Shown here piece after piece: positions 8,474 through 18,786 of a DNA stretch of 41,707 nucleotides. How positions within the stretch are numbered: the first letter of the stretch is position 1; every line of letters starts with the position of its first letter. The DNA lies in NCBI GenBank assembly GCA_945921635.1, contig CAMEKZ010000001.1, positions 1 to 41,707 on the forward strand, given 5' to 3'. This DNA comes from an uncultured Clostridia bacterium. Lineage in GTDB: Bacteria; Bacillota; Clostridia; Oscillospirales; Ruminococcaceae. The position numbers and the translations under genes are program-made. The notes under the pieces are model-generated. The model did no database searches and was not told the DNA's origin. It saw nothing but the letters and a program-made list of their open reading frames with translations.

Positions 8474-9343
8474 TCAGACAATATCCCTCACAAAATCTAT
8501 TATATCCTCTGTCACAATATCCCACCGCTTTTCCTGCAAAACACTGTGCCGCATATTTTCGTACACCTTTAGTTTTACATCAAAGCCCGCCTTTTTGTAC
8601 TCCTCTGCTCTTATCGGAGGATATTCGCCGTAGCCGCCCACCGAGTCGTCCGCTCCGCAGGCAATAAACACAGGGCATTTGTGTCGTATCAACGTCGGGA
8701 ATTGCTCGTCCTGCACCCTTGCGGCGGTATCAATAAAGCTTTTATAAAAGCGATTTGAGTACATGACATTTGTATAGGGGAGCTTTTCGTAATACTCGGC
8801 GCGCTCCAGATCGGAAGTCACCCACGACACGGTGCATTTTTCGGGAAAGCGCTCGGCAACCCTGCCGAACACCTGCATAAATACGTCCATGCACGGTGCG
8901 TCCGCTCCCTTTTCGGCTATTTCCTTGTCTATGGCAGTCTGAAGCTGCGGAAGATTTTCAAGGCACGCGCACCCCGTCAGCACCGCGCCCTTGTAAAGCT
9001 CGCCGCGCTTTTGGAGCATAAGCTGTGCGATATATGCGCCCATGCTGTGCCCAAGCAGAATAATAGGCGCGCTGTGCGTTTCGCGTATCTTCTCGGTAAG
9101 CGATATGCTTTCGTCCGCCATGACGCAAAGCAAATCATCGACATCTACAGCAAGCCTTGTCCTGCCGTGATACCTCATCTCCGCAAGATAAACCGAAACG
9201 CCCCTTTCGTTTACGCATTCGGCAAACTGCTCATAGTATTCGGTCATCTCGCCCAGTCCGTGTATTATCTGGATAACGGCGGTCTCGCTGTCGCTTGCCC
9301 ACTTTTTGCAGTACATTCCGTCAAAAACAAATTCTTCTGTCAT
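8474..9343 (-). CDS. Alpha/beta hydrolase (lysophospholipase/monoglyceride lipase-like)
   Basis: IIHGLGE, GHSMG nucleophile elbow, GADD acid, MRHS catalytic His. Confidence 0.9.
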   Translation of the reverse strand: MTEEFVFDGMYCKKWASDSETAVIQIIHGLGEMTEYYEQFAECVNERGVSVYLAEMRYHGRTRLAVDVDDLLCVMADESISLTEKIRETHSAPIILLGHSMGAYIAQLMLQKRGELYKGAVLTGCACLENLPQLQTAIDKEIAEKGADAPCMDVFMQVFGRVAERFPEKCTVSWVTSDLERAEYYEKLPYTNVMYSNRFYKSFIDTAARVQDEQFPTLIRHKCPVFIACGADDSVGGYGEYPPIRAEEYKKAGFDVKLKVYENMRHSVLQEKRWDIVTEDIIDFVRDIV

Positions 9344-9377
9344 ATTGCTATATTCCTTTCATTTGTGCAAATCCGAC

Positions 9378-9416
9378 AAAAGCGGTTTTGCGTATTTTTA
9401 AGATACGCAAAACCGC
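9378..9416 (-). terminator. Intrinsic terminator after the MCP gene
   Basis: GCGGTTTTGCGTAT/ATACGCAAAACCGC 14-bp stem with TTTT on the minus strand. Confidence 0.75.
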
Positions 9417-9442
9417 CGCGTGATATATAAAATAACCCAAAA

Positions 9443-10780
9443 TTACTCTACAGGACCGTCTAAATGCACCTGACCGTTTTCGCGCAGATAGAACTTCTTG
9501 ACAAGCGTTTGCAGCTCCTTTGCCTGTGCCGCGGTGAGCGCGCTTGCAGACGCGCTTTCCTGAGCGGTCGCCGCGTTGTTCTGTACAACCGCCGAAATCT
9601 GCTCTACACCGACCAGCACCTGCTCGATAGTCCGTGCCTGCTCCGCCGATACGTCCGAAATCTCGTTTATAAGGGCGTTTGTTGTGTTAAAGCCCTCCAT
9701 TACGCTCTCAATCTTCTGTGCCGTAGAGTCGGCGAGCGCCGTGCCGTTCGCTACCGCCTCGATAGTGCCGCTGATAAGCTCGCTTGTGCTCTGAGCCGCC
9801 TCGGCGGATTTGCTTGCGAGGTTTCTTACCTCGTCGGCAACAACCGCAAAGCCCTTGCCCGCCTCGCCCGCGCGTGCCGCCTCAACTGCGGCGTTGAGCG
9901 CAAGGATATTGGTCTGAAAGGCGATACTGTCTATCGTATTGATTATCTTTTCTATCTCGGCTGACTTTTCCTCGATTATCTTCATTGCGGCAAGCATCTT
10001 CTGCATTTCTTCATTTCCCGCCTGAAGCTCGCTTGTAGCTTCTCCGGAAATCTCGCTCGCACGCTTTGCGTTTTCGGCGCTGTGGTGTACGCGCTTTGAA
10101 ATGCCCTCGATATTTTCCGACAGCTCGCGGATTGACTCCTCCTGCTCAGAGGTGCCCTGTGCCAGAGCCTGTGCGCCCGCGGATACCTGCTCGGACGCGT
10201 CGGACAGCATAGTGCCGGATTTTTGTATCTGAGAAATCGAGCTGTTCAGATTGTTCAGTATTTCTTCAAAAGCAGTCTTTATTGGTACAAACTCACCCTT
10301 GTACTCATAGTTTACCGAAAAGCTGATATTTCCGTAGGACATCTGGGTAAGCAGATACGAAAGCTCGTCCGTCATCTTTTTTATGTACCATTTTGTAGTA
10401 TTTATCGAGCCTGCCAGAGTGCCTATCTCGCTGTCGTTGATTTTAACGTCAAATTCCTCGGACAGTCTGCCCTCGGAGAGATTGTCAAGCTCGGTGCGGA
10501 TTTTGTCTATCGGTTTTACAACGGTCTTTCTGAAAAAAATAATTATAAATACAAGTACCGCCGCAGAAATAAGCGCATAGCCTCCGACAAGCGCATACAG
10601 CACAATATAGCTGTAGTCGATATTTCCTACTGCGTTTCCTTCTCTTACTACCTTGTATATGCTTAAACCGGCGGTGATAATAATTGCCGCCATAAGCAAA
10701 GTGCTAAAAATACATGTAGCCGTTACAACAAATGACTGACTGCGGAATTTGCGTTTCAGCCCTTCAATAATTTTCTTCAT
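9443..10780 (-). CDS. Methyl-accepting chemotaxis protein
   Basis: [37 protein letters not shown] signalling hairpin, two TM helices, HAMP region. Confidence 0.97.
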   Translation of the reverse strand: MKKIIEGLKRKFRSQSFVVTATCIFSTLLMAAIIITAGLSIYKVVREGNAVGNIDYSYIVLYALVGGYALISAAVLVFIIIFFRKTVVKPIDKIRTELDNLSEGRLSEEFDVKINDSEIGTLAGSINTTKWYIKKMTDELSYLLTQMSYGNISFSVNYEYKGEFVPIKTAFEEILNNLNSSISQIQKSGTMLSDASEQVSAGAQALAQGTSEQEESIRELSENIEGISKRVHHSAENAKRASEISGEATSELQAGNEEMQKMLAAMKIIEEKSAEIEKIINTIDSIAFQTNILALNAAVEAARAGEAGKGFAVVADEVRNLASKSAEAAQSTSELISGTIEAVANGTALADSTAQKIESVMEGFNTTNALINEISDVSAEQARTIEQVLVGVEQISAVVQNNAATAQESASASALTAAQAKELQTLVKKFYLRENGQVHLDGPVE

Positions 10781-10951
10781 AGCCTTTCTCCTTAAACCAG
10801 CTGATTTATCTAAAGTTTAGCACCTAAATGACAAAAAGTCAATATATTTCGAGCTATATTTGGCTATTTCTCACAAAATCGACAATCGTAATTGTTAATA
10901 TGTACAAAACCGCGGGATAACGAAACAGCCCGCGGTATCACAAAATACAAA

Positions 10952-11632
10952 TTATCTCATACAGGTCTTTTTGACATGCGCGTTTATGCTCTTAGCGTTG
11001 CGGCGGCCGTAAAAAATCCGCGACAGAATAAACCGCACTATACAAAGCATCACGAATATCCCCGTGCCGACAAGCGCCGCCGTCACGGTATCAAGACCCA
11101 AGCCTGCGTTTATCCCACTGCCGAACAGCTTATTGCTGAGTCCCGATAAAAAGCCCAACAAAGCAAACGAAAAGCACACAATCGCATATCCGTAAACAGA
11201 AAAGCCGATTGCCGTACCTACCCCACAGCCGACCGAGCACATGATAATCGTATCTCCGAGAGTTTCCGCCTCGATAAATTCGAGCCCGATGCTGATAATA
11301 TTTGCCGCGATAACAAGAGCGGTTACAATAAGCGAGGTTATTATGTTCATCACAGGCAGAGCCTTTGTCATAACAGCCTTGTAACAAGGGCTGTTTCTTA
11401 TATACCGTGTGACAAACAGATCGTTATAATGCAGCTGTACAAATGCCACAACGATCATTGTTCCGAGAAGCGTAAACACCGTGCTTATCATATAATCCTC
11501 ACTGCCTATCATTTCGCGAAACAGTGCCGATGAGCCGCAGAAAAACAGCAGAAAAAATGCCTGCAAGCCGAAAACAAGCGGATTTTTACAGCGTCTGAGC
11601 AGAAAGCGCATCGCTGCTTTAAAATTGTTCAT
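10952..11632 (-). CDS. ABC-2 type membrane subunit
   Basis: About 6 TM helices, last gene of the GntR-ABC operon. Start MNNFK at 11632. Confidence 0.65.
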   Translation of the reverse strand: MNNFKAAMRFLLRRCKNPLVFGLQAFFLLFFCGSSALFREMIGSEDYMISTVFTLLGTMIVVAFVQLHYNDLFVTRYIRNSPCYKAVMTKALPVMNIITSLIVTALVIAANIISIGLEFIEAETLGDTIIMCSVGCGVGTAIGFSVYGYAIVCFSFALLGFLSGLSNKLFGSGINAGLGLDTVTAALVGTGIFVMLCIVRFILSRIFYGRRNAKSINAHVKKTCMR

Positions 11633-11648
11633 GAATCCTGCGCCCCTT

Positions 11649-12377
11649 TCAATTTTCGCTGTCAAACAGCCAGTTTTTTTCATAATTGAGCCGGAATACC
11701 GCATACGCCGCGGCGGTGAATATCACAACGATTGCCGCGCATATAACCAGACCCGTCACACCCAGAAGTCCGACAATAAGCGAGATACCGAACATACATA
11801 CAAAAAGCGCACCCATCTCGATTGCTCTGATTGTTCTGTTTTTAATCAGCATAGCTATAAATGTTCCGCCGACCGACAGCACAGCCGCGACAAGACCGGA
11901 GACGGCGTGATAAAGAGCCGTATCAAAGCCGAGCAGGTATTTCTGCACAAGATAAAGTAAAAATATCGGGACAATCGCGGCTATCGGGGCAAGTACAGAC
12001 GCCGCCTTTACCGCCGAGAGAAACCATCTGTTTCCGTTTTTAACGGTGCGAAAATACTTTGACCCGTCTGTCTTGAACATTGCGTTTGATGTGACGCCGA
12101 GTGAGGTGAGCGGAGTCATACCGCCGATTACGCACATAAACAGAATGAAAATAATATCTGCGTCGCGGTCATCATTTTCCTCTCCGATGATTTCCGAGCC
12201 GTTTTCTCCTGTTGTTTCTGCCGACTGAGAAGCATCATTTCCGAAATTGCTTCCGACAAAATAGCCTACTGTCGTTCCCACTCCGAAAAGCAGGCTCCAG
12301 AAAAGCGGCAGAAGTATCGCCAGTTTCAGGACATAGCGCCCCGAGTGTATCATAAAGCCCTTGATAAGTCCTTTCAT
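11649..12377 (-). CDS. ABC-2 type membrane subunit
   Basis: About 6 TM helices, 7 bp downstream of the ATPase gene. Confidence 0.65.
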   Translation of the reverse strand: MKGLIKGFMIHSGRYVLKLAILLPLFWSLLFGVGTTVGYFVGSNFGNDASQSAETTGENGSEIIGEENDDRDADIIFILFMCVIGGMTPLTSLGVTSNAMFKTDGSKYFRTVKNGNRWFLSAVKAASVLAPIAAIVPIFLLYLVQKYLLGFDTALYHAVSGLVAAVLSVGGTFIAMLIKNRTIRAIEMGALFVCMFGISLIVGLLGVTGLVICAAIVVIFTAAAYAVFRLNYEKNWLFDSEN

Positions 12378-12384
12378 ACCTGCC

Positions 12385-13260
12385 TCACATTTCCGCCTTT
12401 TTTAGCAGCTCTACGCTGAGCTGCTGAAGGCTAGGCTGTTCGGTAAGCGCGCCCGTAGCTTTAAGCCGCTCCGCGTCTTCGGCAAGCGCAAGTCCTCCGA
12501 CCGTAGTCCGACCCGAGCTTACTGTCAGCATAAGCGGAGCTATTTTCTCCCTGTCCGCCGTATCGGCGCTTACCATTATGTACTTATCTTTAAGCTCCTC
12601 GATAAAGCCCTGCTCGATGATTTTTCCCTTTGCCATAAATACCGCATAATCTGCGGCATTTTCCATATCGGCTATATTGTGGGTGGAGAAGATTATGCTG
12701 TTCTCTCCGTTTCCGTCGTCGATATAGCCACGGAATTTGTCGCACAGCCTGTCGCGCATCAGCGGGTCTAATGACGAGCCCGGCTCGTCAAGCACAAGCA
12801 GATTTGTCTTTCTTGCAAACACCGCCGCGAGATACGCGCGCATTTTGTTGCCGTCCGACATTTTAAGCAGCTGTTTTTTCGCTCCGCCGCCCTCTAAAAG
12901 TCCAAGCTCAGAGCACAGCGCATGAAACTTTTCTTTATCGAAGCCGGCAAAGGCATACGACATAGAAAGCTCTATATCCTTTAGCTTCCAGCTCGCGGGG
13001 AAAAATCCCTGTGACGCACAGTAGCCGATTTTCTCCTTTATATCCCCGCTGTCTATATCCGTGCCCTCGCCGAAATATTCTATCTCGCCCGAGGTCTTTG
13101 CGGTTATGCCGCAAAGTATATCCATAAGCGTGGTCTTGCCCGCGCCGTTTGCTCCGATTAGCGCGGTAGAAAAACCCTTTGGTATTTCTAAATCTATCTC
13201 ACCGAGCTTAAAGCCCTTGTACTGCTTTATAAGCTTATTTATTTTAATTACGCTGTCCAT
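12385..13260 (-). CDS. ABC transporter ATP-binding protein (YtrB-like)
   Basis: Walker A GANGAGKTT, Walker B LLVLDEP, switch STH, atypical signature MSDGN. Start MDSVIKI at 13260. Confidence 0.92.
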   Translation of the reverse strand: MDSVIKINKLIKQYKGFKLGEIDLEIPKGFSTALIGANGAGKTTLMDILCGITAKTSGEIEYFGEGTDIDSGDIKEKIGYCASQGFFPASWKLKDIELSMSYAFAGFDKEKFHALCSELGLLEGGGAKKQLLKMSDGNKMRAYLAAVFARKTNLLVLDEPGSSLDPLMRDRLCDKFRGYIDDGNGENSIIFSTHNIADMENAADYAVFMAKGKIIEQGFIEELKDKYIMVSADTADREKIAPLMLTVSSGRTTVGGLALAEDAERLKATGALTEQPSLQQLSVELLKKAEM

Positions 13261-13304
13261 ATATACCGTCCTTTTTACCGAAAAATTTGCCGAAATAAGC
13301 ACAC

Positions 13305-13673
13305 TCAGTCCATATTATACAGCACCCGCAGCATCTCTATGACCTCGTCAAGGCTCACCCCCGCGAGCCGCGAGCTGTCTATCGCGTTTTGCAAATGCTG
13401 TTCGAGCAGTCGGATATGCTGTTCTTTTATCATCTGGGTGTCCTGCGGGTTTACTATATAACCCTTGCCCTGTACCGCCTGCACAAGCCCCTCAGAGGAC
13501 AGCTCCTCGTATGCCTTCATAGTAGTAATGACGCTTATTTTCAGGTCGCGCGCAAGTCCTCGTATAGACGGGAGCATATCGCCGCTTTTAAGCGTGCCGT
13601 TTAGTATCTGTTCCTTAAACTGTGATGAAATCTGCTTGTAAATCGGGATATCCGAGTTTTGCAGTATTTTCAT
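13305..13673 (-). CDS. GntR family regulator, YtrA subfamily
   Basis: PIYKQI...LPSIRGLARDLKISVITTMKAYEEL...GKG, short (122 aa), heads an ABC operon. Confidence 0.93.
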   Translation of the reverse strand: MKILQNSDIPIYKQISSQFKEQILNGTLKSGDMLPSIRGLARDLKISVITTMKAYEELSSEGLVQAVQGKGYIVNPQDTQMIKEQHIRLLEQHLQNAIDSSRLAGVSLDEVIEMLRVLYNMD

Positions 13674-13756
13674 ATAAATATAACCATCCTTTCCTATTGA
13701 GGCAGTTTGTGCCGAGAGAATCTGCCGAGGCACAAACAGCGGTCTATTCGGTCGCA

Positions 13757-13807
13757 ACTGTTTATATGTTATATATGCAGTATAATCAATCTGCTTTTAT
13801 TTGTCAA
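13757..13807 (-). promoter_or_regulatory. sigmaA promoter with YtrA-type operator
   Basis: TTGACA (13807-13802), 17 bp, TATACT (13784-13779). Imperfect palindrome ACTGTTTATATGTTATATATGCAGT at 13757-13781 overlaps the start site. Confidence 0.75.
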
Positions 13808-13865
13808 TAGGTTTTTTAAAAATTTTTCGGACAATCGGGATTTTTCTGTTCTGTCAAGTATATAT

Positions 13866-13894
13866 AAAAACCCCGCCGTCATGCGACGGCGGGG
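13866..13894 (-). terminator. Intrinsic terminator
   Basis: CCCCGCCGTC-atgc-GACGGCGGGG with TTTTT on the minus strand. Confidence 0.85.
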
Positions 13895-13914
13895 CGGAAA
13901 ATATATCATTCGGT

Positions 13915-16596
13915 TTATTCGCTTCTCAGCGCCGCTACAGGGTCCTTCTTTGCCGCTACTCTTGCAGGTATAAGTCCCGCAATAAGCGTCAGCACCATGC
14001 TTATAATAATCAGTGCCACAGCACCCTGCCACGGCAGAGCGCATATTCTGCTTATACCCGCAAGGCTGTAAATAATAGCGTTTACGGGTATTGTCAGCAG
14101 CAAGGTCACACCTATACCGATTACGCCCGCGGCAAAGCCTACAATAAGCGTCTCGGCATTGAATACACGCGATATATCGCGCTTTGAAGCACCCATAGCT
14201 CTTAAAATACCGATTTCCTTTGTTCTTTCAAGTACCGAGATATAGGTGATAATTCCTATCATGATTGACGATACCACGAGCGAAATAGCTACAAAGGCGA
14301 TAAGTATATAGCTTATAGCGTCAATTATCGTAGTAACCGAGGTCATCATAAGACCCACTACGTCGGTATAACGGATTTGCAGCTCTTCCTTGCCTGCCGC
14401 CTTTACCATATCATTATAATCGTTTATGATATTCTCTATCTTTTCCTTTGCTTCAAAGTCCTTCGGATAAATCTTTATTCCCGACGGAGAATCGAGCGAA
14501 GCCACGCCGAGCTTTGACAGGTTTCCGTCATAGGTCGCATCGGTCGTGTCTGACGGCATCTTTTCCTTAAACGCCTGTAAAATCTGCTGTTCGGTCATAC
14601 CCATCTCGGTCGCCTGCTGGAGCTGCTGAGCTACCATCTGCTGCTGCTCGGCAGGGAGCTGTGCGATATATGTCTGCAAATCCTCCATGGTAAACTCTTT
14701 TTCAGGCTCACTGTCGTCCTTAAATTTAAGACCGGTGAATATATCGGTATCGGGGTTATCCTGCTGCTCCTTTACGATTTCGCTTTGGTTTACCTTATTT
14801 ACAAGGCGCTCGGTAAGCTCATGTGTATATCCCACCGCTACTGCCGAGCCGGAGGAAACTATAGCGTTTTCATCGGGGCGTACAACACCGACAACCTTTA
14901 TTTTTTCGGCGTTTTCCGCGACGCTTGTCATATATATCTTATCATCGCTCTTATCCACCCATACGCCGTCCTCTTTTTCGTAAAAGTCGGTCGTGGGCAC
15001 AAGGCTGAACTCAAGCGCCATAAGCTCGTCATAGGTAAAGCTCTTTTTCTCGCTTGTAAAATCTATCTTGTCGGTTTCTTCCTTCAGCGCCTTTTCAACC
15101 GCATCAATAAGCTGCTCATCGTCCATAAGTCCGAGGCAGTAAAGGCTGTAGTCGGCTATCTGATTATCCTTGTTTACTATTATTACTACTTCGTCATAGT
15201 TTTCGGGGAGTCTGCCTGCAAGCACATCATACTGGCTTTTCAGCAGTTCCTCGTTGTCGAGCATCTCCTGCCATACATTAAAGCCGGAGCTCATCATACT
15301 GCTCATCATCTCGGAGCTGCTCGCGGCATTCATCATGCCGAGCTTTTCCATAAGCTGTGCGGGATTTACCTGTATTATTCCGTCCTCGCTGTCGGTGCGG
15401 AATACATTCAGGGTGGTGCCGTAGCTGTACTTTATGTCGCTTACATAGTCATTTATTTCTTTGCCGTCACCCTCGATATACTCCTTGAAGGATTTGAGGT
15501 CGTTTGACTGCATCTGGGTCATCATGGTGTTTATCATACCGCCCATGATATTCTGGGAGGTTACGACAGAGTTTTCCTTGCCGGAGTTTTCCTTGCTTTC
15601 GTTGTGCGCCTTCATCATCGCGGTCATCATGGTAGACATATCTACCGTACTGCTCTCGATGGAGATAGGATAGCTTGACAGCGTGTCCTCCTCAACCGAC
15701 TGTATATACAGCCGTGCGCCGGACGAAATCGCAAGTATCAGCGCGATACCGATTATACCGATACTTCCCGCAAACGAGGTCATAAAGGTACGCGCCTTTT
15801 TGGTCATCAGGTTGTTAAGGCTGAGCGATAAGGCGGTGAAAAACGACATCGATGGCTTTTTTACCTTCTTTTCACCCTTGCCCGCCTTTTTCTCAGCATT
15901 TTCGCTATCCTTTTCCGCGTCGTAAGGGTTTGTATCATCGGTTACCTTTCCGTCAAGCAGGCGGATTATTCTGTTTGAATACTTTTCCGCAAGGTCGGGG
16001 TTGTGCGTAACCATGATTATCAGCTTGTCCTTGGATATTTCCTTTAACAGCTCCATAATCTGCACGCTGGTCTCGCTGTCTAGCGCGCCGGTCGGCTCAT
16101 CGGCAAGCAGAATATCGGGGTCGTTCACAAGCGCACGCGCTATCGCGACTCTCTGCATCTGACCGCCCGACATCTGATTCGGCTTTTTGTTCAGCTGGTC
16201 GCCCAGTCCCACCTTGCAAAGCGCGTCCTTTGCACGCTTTTTACGCTCTGCCTTTGACACACCCGACAGGGTGAGTGCGAGCTCTACGTTCGACAGCACC
16301 GTCTGGTGCGGTATAAGGTTATAGCTCTGGAATACAAAGCCTACCGAGTGGTTGCGGTAGGTGTCCCAGTCCGCATTTTTAAACTGCTTTGTGGATTTTC
16401 CTCTGATTATAAGGTCACCGTCGGTGTATCTGTCAAGGCCTCCGATGATATTCAGCAGGGTTGTTTTTCCGCAGCCCGACTGGCCGAGTATCGACACAAA
16501 CTCGCTCTTGCGGAAGTCTATGCTGACGCCTTTGAGCGCCTTTACCACACCGTCGCCTATCTTATAATTCTTGGTTATGTTTTTCAGCTGTAGCAT
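13915..16596 (-). CDS. Fused ABC transporter ATPase/permease (MacB/FtsX type)
   Basis: GQSGCGKTT, MSGGQ, LLADEPTG. One TM, a large extracellular domain, then C-terminal FtsX domain ISVLERTKEIGILRAMGA. Start MLQLKNI. Confidence 0.95.
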   Translation of the reverse strand: MLQLKNITKNYKIGDGVVKALKGVSIDFRKSEFVSILGQSGCGKTTLLNIIGGLDRYTDGDLIIRGKSTKQFKNADWDTYRNHSVGFVFQSYNLIPHQTVLSNVELALTLSGVSKAERKKRAKDALCKVGLGDQLNKKPNQMSGGQMQRVAIARALVNDPDILLADEPTGALDSETSVQIMELLKEISKDKLIIMVTHNPDLAEKYSNRIIRLLDGKVTDDTNPYDAEKDSENAEKKAGKGEKKVKKPSMSFFTALSLSLNNLMTKKARTFMTSFAGSIGIIGIALILAISSGARLYIQSVEEDTLSSYPISIESSTVDMSTMMTAMMKAHNESKENSGKENSVVTSQNIMGGMINTMMTQMQSNDLKSFKEYIEGDGKEINDYVSDIKYSYGTTLNVFRTDSEDGIIQVNPAQLMEKLGMMNAASSSEMMSSMMSSGFNVWQEMLDNEELLKSQYDVLAGRLPENYDEVVIIVNKDNQIADYSLYCLGLMDDEQLIDAVEKALKEETDKIDFTSEKKSFTYDELMALEFSLVPTTDFYEKEDGVWVDKSDDKIYMTSVAENAEKIKVVGVVRPDENAIVSSGSAVAVGYTHELTERLVNKVNQSEIVKEQQDNPDTDIFTGLKFKDDSEPEKEFTMEDLQTYIAQLPAEQQQMVAQQLQQATEMGMTEQQILQAFKEKMPSDTTDATYDGNLSKLGVASLDSPSGIKIYPKDFEAKEKIENIINDYNDMVKAAGKEELQIRYTDVVGLMMTSVTTIIDAISYILIAFVAISLVVSSIMIGIITYISVLERTKEIGILRAMGASKRDISRVFNAETLIVGFAAGVIGIGVTLLLTIPVNAIIYSLAGISRICALPWQGAVALIIISMVLTLIAGLIPARVAAKKDPVAALRSE

Positions 16597-16645
16597 TATC
16601 GTCCTCTTTTCCGTTTTCAATTTACGGCAAACCGTTTTTTTGCTG

Positions 16646-17767
16646 CTATTTTAATGCCGCTGTATTAAAGGCGTTTAAACTTCTCTTTTTTCGTTCCTCT
16701 TTCTCGTCCTCTACCGGCAGATAGATATAAAAATCCGTGCCACGTCCCGGCTCGCTCTCAACCTCAATCCTGCCGCCGCAAAGCTGTACTATGCGCTTTA
16801 CCATCGCAAGTCCGAGTCCGTTTCCTCCCGTAGCGCGCGAGACGTCACCCTGATAGAATTTTTCAAACATACGCTCTTTTGTAGCTTTGTCCATGCCTAT
16901 GCCGTTGTCGCATATTGCTATTTTAAGCTCGGATTTGTTTTCCGGATTTACTTCAAGCGTGATATTTATTTCTCCGTTTTCGGGGGTGTATTTTATCGCG
17001 TTTCCTATTACATTCAGCCATACCTGCTTCAGCGTTTCGGCGTTGCCGTAATATTCAATCTCGCAAAGCTCGGGTATAACGTCAATGTTCTTTTTGCTCC
17101 ATTGTCCTTCAAGAAGTAAAATACTGCGGCGTATCTCCTCGTCAAGGCGGAACTTCTTTTTATCTGTTATTATCTCCTGATTTTCCAGCTTATTGAGCGT
17201 GAGTATATTGCTCGACATATTTATAAGGCGCTGTGACTCGGAAATGATTATATCTATATATTCCTGCTCCTGCTCTTTGGTAAGTCCACCCTTTTTAAGC
17301 TGCTTCGCAAAGCCGTAAATTGACACCATCGGGGTCTTGAACTCGTGGGAAAAATCGTTTATAAAATCGTTTCTGAACAGCTCGGTATTCTGCAGCTCCT
17401 GAGCCATCAGATTAAAATTATTCTGCAAGGTTCTTATTTCGTGATTGTGGCTCATATCATTTATACGCACGCTGAAATCGCCCTTTGCGACATTTGCAAG
17501 TCCTTTTCTCAGGTCGCTCAGTGGTTTTAGCAGAAGTCCCGCAAGCGCCGCAGTCAGAAAGCTTCCTATTATGGTACACGCGCCCAGCATAACCAGCGGT
17601 AAAAGCATGGGTACAACATACATATGCTTTGCAAGTCCGAGGGCGTCGAGTATGCTGAATATAATAAGGCAGATACCGCCCGCAAACACCATTATCAGAA
17701 ATACAAACAGCACGATATATGCGTGCAGAGAGCGATAGCGCTTGTGGTCGTAGGATTGCTTATGCAA
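16646..17767 (-). CDS. HAMP-domain sensor histidine kinase
   Basis: H-box FSHEFKTP, N-box NAIKY, DNGIG, GNGLGL. Two TM helices with a very short loop. Confidence 0.95.
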   Translation of the reverse strand: MHKQSYDHKRYRSLHAYIVLFVFLIMVFAGGICLIIFSILDALGLAKHMYVVPMLLPLVMLGACTIIGSFLTAALAGLLLKPLSDLRKGLANVAKGDFSVRINDMSHNHEIRTLQNNFNLMAQELQNTELFRNDFINDFSHEFKTPMVSIYGFAKQLKKGGLTKEQEQEYIDIIISESQRLINMSSNILTLNKLENQEIITDKKKFRLDEEIRRSILLLEGQWSKKNIDVIPELCEIEYYGNAETLKQVWLNVIGNAIKYTPENGEINITLEVNPENKSELKIAICDNGIGMDKATKERMFEKFYQGDVSRATGGNGLGLAMVKRIVQLCGGRIEVESEPGRGTDFYIYLPVEDEKEERKKRSLNAFNTAALK

Positions 17768-17778
17768 AATACCCCTCC

Positions 17779-18459
17779 TTAATTCTGCTGCTTTATCACA
17801 GCCTTATATCCAAGCCCGCGCACGGTCACTATCTCAAAGTCTTTGTTATCCCTGAACCGCTCGCGCAGACGGTTTATATGTACGTCTATTGTGCGCTCGT
17901 CGGTGTCCGACTCCATATCCCACAGCTCGTCCATAAGCTGTCTGCGGGTGAATATCTTATTCCGATAAGAAAGCAGCTTGAACAGCAGCATAAACTCCTT
18001 GTTCGGAAGCTCATAGGTCTCCCCGCCGCAGCTTACCGTCAGTGCGTCATAGTCAAGCACCGTACCGCCCGCTACAAGCTTGTGCTCGTTTGCTATGTTA
18101 GAGCGGCGCAAAAGCGCGGAGATACGCAGCAGCATTTCCTCGTCATCGACCGGCTTTACCATATAGTCATCGGTACCCGCCTTAAATCCCGCTATCTTAT
18201 CGGCAGAGGTTTCACGCGCCGTAACCATGAGCACGGGTATGTTACAGCCGCCCTCACGCAGAGTTTTTACAAATTCATAGCCGTCCATACGCGGCATCAT
18301 TATATCAAGCACAATAAGGTCGATATGCTGGCGGTCGAGTATTTCGAGCGCGTCCACTCCGTCAACCGCGGGCACGGGCTCATAGCCGTTCTGCGACAAG
18401 ACCGTGCACATCAGCCGCCTTGTATTTACATCGTCCTCTGCAACCATTATATGAAACAT
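17779..18459 (-). CDS. OmpR/PhoB family response regulator
   Basis: AEDD, LDIMMP, VTA and KP receiver motifs; winged helix RTIDVHINRLR...VRGLGY. Start MFHIM at 18459 follows AAGGAAG. Confidence 0.96.
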   Translation of the reverse strand: MFHIMVAEDDVNTRRLMCTVLSQNGYEPVPAVDGVDALEILDRQHIDLIVLDIMMPRMDGYEFVKTLREGGCNIPVLMVTARETSADKIAGFKAGTDDYMVKPVDDEEMLLRISALLRRSNIANEHKLVAGGTVLDYDALTVSCGGETYELPNKEFMLLFKLLSYRNKIFTRRQLMDELWDMESDTDERTIDVHINRLRERFRDNKDFEIVTVRGLGYKAVIKQQN

Positions 18460-18514
18460 AACCTGACTTCCTTTCGCAAGCAATACAATTATGTATAAAT
18501 TCTAAACCGTTAAC

Positions 18515-18533
18515 ATTAACACTGAATTAACAC
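18515..18533 (-). promoter_or_regulatory. Candidate OmpR-family binding site (direct repeat)
   Basis: ATTAACAC-tga-ATTAACAC, 11-bp period, upstream of the response regulator. Confidence 0.6.
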
Positions 18534-18547
18534 CGTAAAAAATAACG

Positions 18548-18576
18548 AAAAACAGCACCATAAAAATGGTGCTGTT
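18548..18576 (-). terminator. rpmE terminator
   Basis: AACAGCACCAT/ATGGTGCTGTT stem with T-tract on the minus strand. Confidence 0.85.
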
Positions 18577-18582
18577 AAACAA

Positions 18583-18786
18583 TTACTTATCAAGATTATA
18601 CTTCTTCTTGAACTTGTCAACACGTCCGCCGGAGTCAACCAACTTCTGCTTTCCTGTAAAGAAAGGGTGGCACTTTGAGCAGATTTCAACCTTTATATCC
18701 TGCTTTGTTGAACGTGTTTCGATAACCTCGCCGCAAGCACACTTGATTGTGGTGGGCTGGTAGTTAGGATGGATACCCTCTTTCAT
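18583..18786 (-). CDS. rpmE: 50S ribosomal protein L31 (zinc-binding type)
   Basis: MKEGIHPNY...CACG...[13 protein letters not shown]...GGRVDKF. Confidence 0.99.
   Translation of the reverse strand: MKEGIHPNYQPTTIKCACGEVIETRSTKQDIKVEICSKCHPFFTGKQKLVDSGGRVDKFKKKYNLDK

Noticed and set aside
14785-15507. Long antisense ORFs (also 17719-18498, 29544-30164, 34854-35582 and others)
   Set aside because: They lie opposite well-supported genes, lack RBS and motifs, and are typical shadow frames.
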